IMG/VR virus record: IMGVR_UViG_3300042691_005081
Location: 1,607-65,606 of that record
Strand: one strand, 5' to 3'
DNA: 64,000 bases
Source of the DNA: a virus
Taxonomy: Duplodnaviria; Caudoviricetes
How positions within the stretch are numbered: position 1 is the stretch's first letter; every line of letters begins with the position of its first letter. The notes under the pieces were generated by a model, which was not told where the DNA came from, did not search any database, and saw only the letters and a list, made by a program, of their open reading frames with translations. Both the position numbers and the translations under genes were made by a program. Below, in pieces: positions 60,796-64,000 of this stretch.

Positions 60796-61512
60796 ATGGC
60801 AATAGGCAGAAAACAAATAGGATGGAGTAATGAAAGTAATTTACTTTGGCAAATTTCTAAGTTAATAGATAGATTAATAAAAACTATTGCTTCAAGCGGT
60901 GGAGTTCCAACACTTCAACAGGTTTTAGATAATAACCACGATTTAGTTGATAACAATAATTTTCAAGGTACAGAAGCTGGTGTAAGGAACGAAGGAGCTT
61001 ATGTAAATGCTTTTGGGCAACAAGCAGCACAAGATAATACAGGCACAAGTATTAACGCTTTTGGCTTATCTTCTGCTCGTGAAAATACAGGAAATGATGT
61101 AAATGCTATTGGTTATTACGCTGCAAATAATAACTCAGGAGATAATGTTAATGCCATAGGTGCAGATTCGGGTAGTGGAAATTCAGGAGTACACGTAAAC
61201 GCTTTTGGTAATAGCGCAGGAAAAAACAATACTTATAAGAACGTCAATCTTTTTGGATATAACGCTACTGCAGATGCTGATAATCAAACAGTATTTTCAA
61301 AGTGGTTAGGTGGTGTAAATAAATATTTAGGTAGATTATCATTTAACAATATCACAGATGATAGAACTTGGAAGTTGCCTAATCAAAGTGGAACATTAAC
61401 TGTTTTAGAAACTTCAAGTAATTATGCATCAGATGCTTTAGCAGCAGCAGGAGGAATACCTGTTGGAGGATTATATCATACAGCAGGAGTTGTAAAAATT
61501 AGACTTGTATAA
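60796..61512 (+). CDS. Fibre/spike protein with beta-roll-like VNAFG repeats
   Basis: QIGWS N-terminus, PTLQQVL, six 14-aa N.G..VNA.G..A repeats. Confidence 0.65.
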   Translation: MAIGRKQIGWSNESNLLWQISKLIDRLIKTIASSGGVPTLQQVLDNNHDLVDNNNFQGTEAGVRNEGAYVNAFGQQAAQDNTGTSINAFGLSSARENTGNDVNAIGYYAANNNSGDNVNAIGADSGSGNSGVHVNAFGNSAGKNNTYKNVNLFGYNATADADNQTVFSKWLGGVNKYLGRLSFNNITDDRTWKLPNQSGTLTVLETSSNYASDALAAAGGIPVGGLYHTAGVVKIRLV

Positions 61513-61514
61513 TT

Positions 61515-61910
61515 ATGGGAACATCAAATGCACAAATAGGATGGAGTCAAGAAGCCAAACTATTACAGGAAATAACAAAACAATTACAGAGAGCTGTACA
61601 AGTTGCAGGTAATCCCCCAATCACTACAACTACTACCACTACTACTGCTCCATTAGTTTTAATAAATGGTAACTACTATTCTGGAGGTTGTGTACCTTGT
61701 GAATCTGCTTGTATTTCTACACCAGTTAATTTATACATGGAACAAGCATGTATTGATATTATTACTATTGGATGTCATATATATCTTGATTTGGAAAGAA
61801 CAACTAATGCTTCTGAAGGATATTATGATAGATGGGATGGAGTGGGAGGAATACTATATGTTGATGCTAATGGATTAGTATTAAATATAGATGTATGTCC
61901 ACAACCTTAG
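61515..61910 (+). CDS. QIGWS-family protein with poly-Thr linker and Cys-rich domain
   Basis: PPITTTTTTTTAP linker. Confidence 0.7.
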   Translation: MGTSNAQIGWSQEAKLLQEITKQLQRAVQVAGNPPITTTTTTTTAPLVLINGNYYSGGCVPCESACISTPVNLYMEQACIDIITIGCHIYLDLERTTNASEGYYDRWDGVGGILYVDANGLVLNIDVCPQP

Positions 61911-61946
61911 AATAAAAAATAACAATAAAACTCTACAGGAAATTTT

Positions 61947-62966
61947 ATGAAAAAAGATGTTATATTATGCACAGCTCAACCGACAGACACCTATTTTGTA
62001 TGGCAAAATCATTTATTTATAGAGTCTTGTTTAGAACAAGGATTTACAGAAGATCAAATACATATTCTTTTATATAATCCTATAGGAAGACCACATAACT
62101 CTAATTGGGATAAACTAAAAGAATGTTATCCTAATATAAACATATTTACTTATCAAGATAGGGGAATTCAACAACATTTAGGAACTTATATTCCTATATT
62201 AAGACCACATATTCTTTGGCAACATTTTGAAGCTTTTCCAGAATTACAAGATAGAACAATTATATATACAGATAGTGATATTCTTTGGTTAAAATCATTA
62301 AATATAAATCATTTATTAGAAGATGATGTTAATTATGTTAGTGATGCTAATTCTTATTTAAATAACTCTTATTTTGAAAGTAAAATAAAAGATGTTCTTC
62401 CAGAAAAATTAGAAGAATACAAAAAAAGAGATGTAGTAAAAGAACTTTGTACAATAACAGGAATAGATAAACAAACAGTATTAAACAATAATTCAAACAC
62501 AGGAGGTGTACAATATATACTAAAAAACATTAATTCTGATTTTTGGAAGAAAGTGGAGAAAGATGTTTTAGTTATTAGAACACATTTATTAAACTTTAAT
62601 AAAGAGTTTTTTAAAAATGAAAACTCAGGTATCCAGTCTTGGTGCAGTGACCTTTGGGCATTACAATACAATCTATGGAAATTTGGAAAAAGTAAAGTTG
62701 CTAAAGAATTAGATTTTGCTTGGAGTACAGATCCAATAAGTAAAATAGATACATATCCTATTCTTCATAATGCAGGAATAGTTTCTGAAACAGGAAATGG
62801 TTATCCAGCTTTTTACAAAGGAAAATACCATCAAGGCTCTAATCCAATAAAAGATGCTTATTTAGATGTTATTCTTAACAATGAAGAATCAAAAAAGTAT
62901 TGTACATGGTATTACACAAATAAATTAAAAGAATTATCAATAAAATATAACTTAAACTATAATTAA
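61947..62966 (+). CDS. GT-A fold glycosyltransferase, resembling GT95/GT96 protein O-glycosyltransferases
   Basis: YFVWQ, YIPILRP, IIYTDSD (DxD), GGVQY, WCSDLWA and ILHNAG motifs in order. Confidence 0.7.
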   Translation: MKKDVILCTAQPTDTYFVWQNHLFIESCLEQGFTEDQIHILLYNPIGRPHNSNWDKLKECYPNINIFTYQDRGIQQHLGTYIPILRPHILWQHFEAFPELQDRTIIYTDSDILWLKSLNINHLLEDDVNYVSDANSYLNNSYFESKIKDVLPEKLEEYKKRDVVKELCTITGIDKQTVLNNNSNTGGVQYILKNINSDFWKKVEKDVLVIRTHLLNFNKEFFKNENSGIQSWCSDLWALQYNLWKFGKSKVAKELDFAWSTDPISKIDTYPILHNAGIVSETGNGYPAFYKGKYHQGSNPIKDAYLDVILNNEESKKYCTWYYTNKLKELSIKYNLNYN

Positions 62967-62967
62967 T

Positions 62968-63411
62968 ATGTCTATATTTATAAAACCTGGTTTTTGGGAT
63001 GAAAGAACAATAGCACCAAAGTATTGGTTCAATCTCGAACAATACATAAAATCTTTTATTCCTCCTGTAGTTTCTACAACCACAACCACAACAACCGCTC
63101 CTCCATATAAAGTATATACAGCTTTAATAACACAATCAGGAACAAATCCACCTACTTCTATTGTATTAGAAAATACTATTGGAACTATAACATTTACATA
63201 TACAGCTACAGGATTTTATTCAGCAGTTTCTACAGGGTTGTTCACACTTAACAAAACAGCTTGTTTTATTAATGAATCAAATGGTAATACTACACTAATA
63301 GCAAAAGCCAATAATGTAAATTCCGTAACTATATTATCACAAAGTCCAACAGGTAATTTTCAAAATGACAGTATAGATAAAGCAACATTAGAAATAAGAG
63401 TGTACTCTTAA
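62968..63411 (+). CDS. Structural-type protein with poly-Thr linker
   Basis: STTTTTTTAPP followed by a YKVYTALITQSGT...IEIRVY-like beta domain. Confidence 0.7.
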   Translation: MSIFIKPGFWDERTIAPKYWFNLEQYIKSFIPPVVSTTTTTTTAPPYKVYTALITQSGTNPPTSIVLENTIGTITFTYTATGFYSAVSTGLFTLNKTACFINESNGNTTLIAKANNVNSVTILSQSPTGNFQNDSIDKATLEIRVYS

Positions 63412-63446
63412 AAAATAAATATTAACTAATTTAAATAATAAATAAA

Positions 63447-64000
63447 ATGACACCAAACAAACGTGATCTTATAGGGTATATAAGATATGATGGAAATGGA
63501 CGTATAATTCCAGGAAGCTCAGTGCTTAGACGTTCTAAACCTAAAAATGGAAATTGGAAAGAAATTTCAACTTATGAATGTTGTAATGATGTAACATTAA
63601 CAACAACTGTAGCAGCAACAATTAGTAACTTTAAAGTGAGATTTTATTGTGCTAAAAAATTAGGATCTGAATTACTATCAAGTACTGGATGGACAACAAC
63701 AGCTGGATGGACAGGTAGCTATGGAACAGGATTTACACACACTACAGGAACAACTACACTTTCTAATTCATTAGCTGCTGTAGTTAATAGTGTATATGAA
63801 TTAGTAATCACTGTAACAGGTAGAACTGCAGGAAGTGTTACTGTAGCATTTGGAGGAGTGAGTACAGCAGGTATAACTGCAACCACTACTATTCCTATTA
63901 CTGCTTCAACAACTGGAAATCTTGTAATCACTCCTTTAACAGCATTTGATGGAACTGTTCAAGTTTCTATAAAATTACAAACAGGATTATCTTATGTATT
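63447..64000 (+). CDS. Structural-type protein, 3'-partial (MTPNKRDLIGYIRYDGNGRIIPGS...ECCN then Thr/Gly-rich beta domain)
   Basis: ATG with A-rich leader; frame stays open to the window end; not in the ORF track. Confidence 0.7.
   Translation, partial: MTPNKRDLIGYIRYDGNGRIIPGSSVLRRSKPKNGNWKEISTYECCNDVTLTTTVAATISNFKVRFYCAKKLGSELLSSTGWTTTAGWTGSYGTGFTHTTGTTTLSNSLAAVVNSVYELVITVTGRTAGSVTVAFGGVSTAGITATTTIPITASTTGNLVITPLTAFDGTVQVSIKLQTGLSYV

Larger units (their letters stand above)
1..64000 (+). mobile_element. crAss-like bacteriophage genome segment (virion morphogenesis, cargo/vRNAP, lysis and fibre modules)
   Basis: Gene order TerL-portal-scaffold-MCP-ring proteins-IHF-like-muzzle-cargo-giant vRNAP matches crAss-like phages; no host housekeeping genes seen. 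Confidence 0.92.

Noticed and set aside
832-63931. All other short minus-strand and nested plus-strand ORFs in the track
   Set aside because: They overlap long, coherent plus-strand genes or the tRNA, and have shadow-like Phe/Ile/Ser-rich composition
1-64000. Stop-codon reassignment (TAG or TGA) as in some crAss-like phages
   Set aside because: Very long ORFs are intact under code 11, TAG and TGA end genes at sensible boundaries (8324, 10300, 53028, 55458), and no suppressor tRNA is seen
1-64000. CRISPR array or diversity-generating retroelement
   Set aside because: No regularly spaced repeats, no reverse transcriptase, and no template/variable repeat pair were noticed

Overview
An AT-rich, almost entirely plus-strand, gene-dense segment of a crAss-like (Crassvirales-type) phage genome, probably infecting a Bacteroidota host: TAnnTTTG promoters are present, Shine-Dalgarno sites are not evident, and the genetic code is standard. 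It holds the virion module in this order: terminase large subunit (partial), portal, scaffold, major capsid protein, a cluster of small structured RNAs with tRNA-Met and an HNH gene, head/tail ring and muzzle proteins, Cys-rich fibre/decoration proteins, large ejected cargo proteins including a 4346-aa virion RNA polymerase polyprotein (DFDID motif), a lysis cassette and tail-fibre genes. Three things stand out. (1) At least eight putative virion proteins carry mucin-like poly-Thr tracts, and a glycosyltransferase resembling plant protein O-glycosyltransferases (GT95/GT96) sits between two of them, suggesting a phage-encoded virion O-glycosylation system. (2) An initiator-like tRNA-Met appears split by an HNH cassette that supplies a replacement 5' half; upstream are a minimal tRNA-like RNA and a hairpin displaying an anti-Shine-Dalgarno-like loop. 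(3) Two classes of conserved upstream elements are positioned relative to host-type promoters. Family assignments come from motif recognition and synteny only; no database searches were run.
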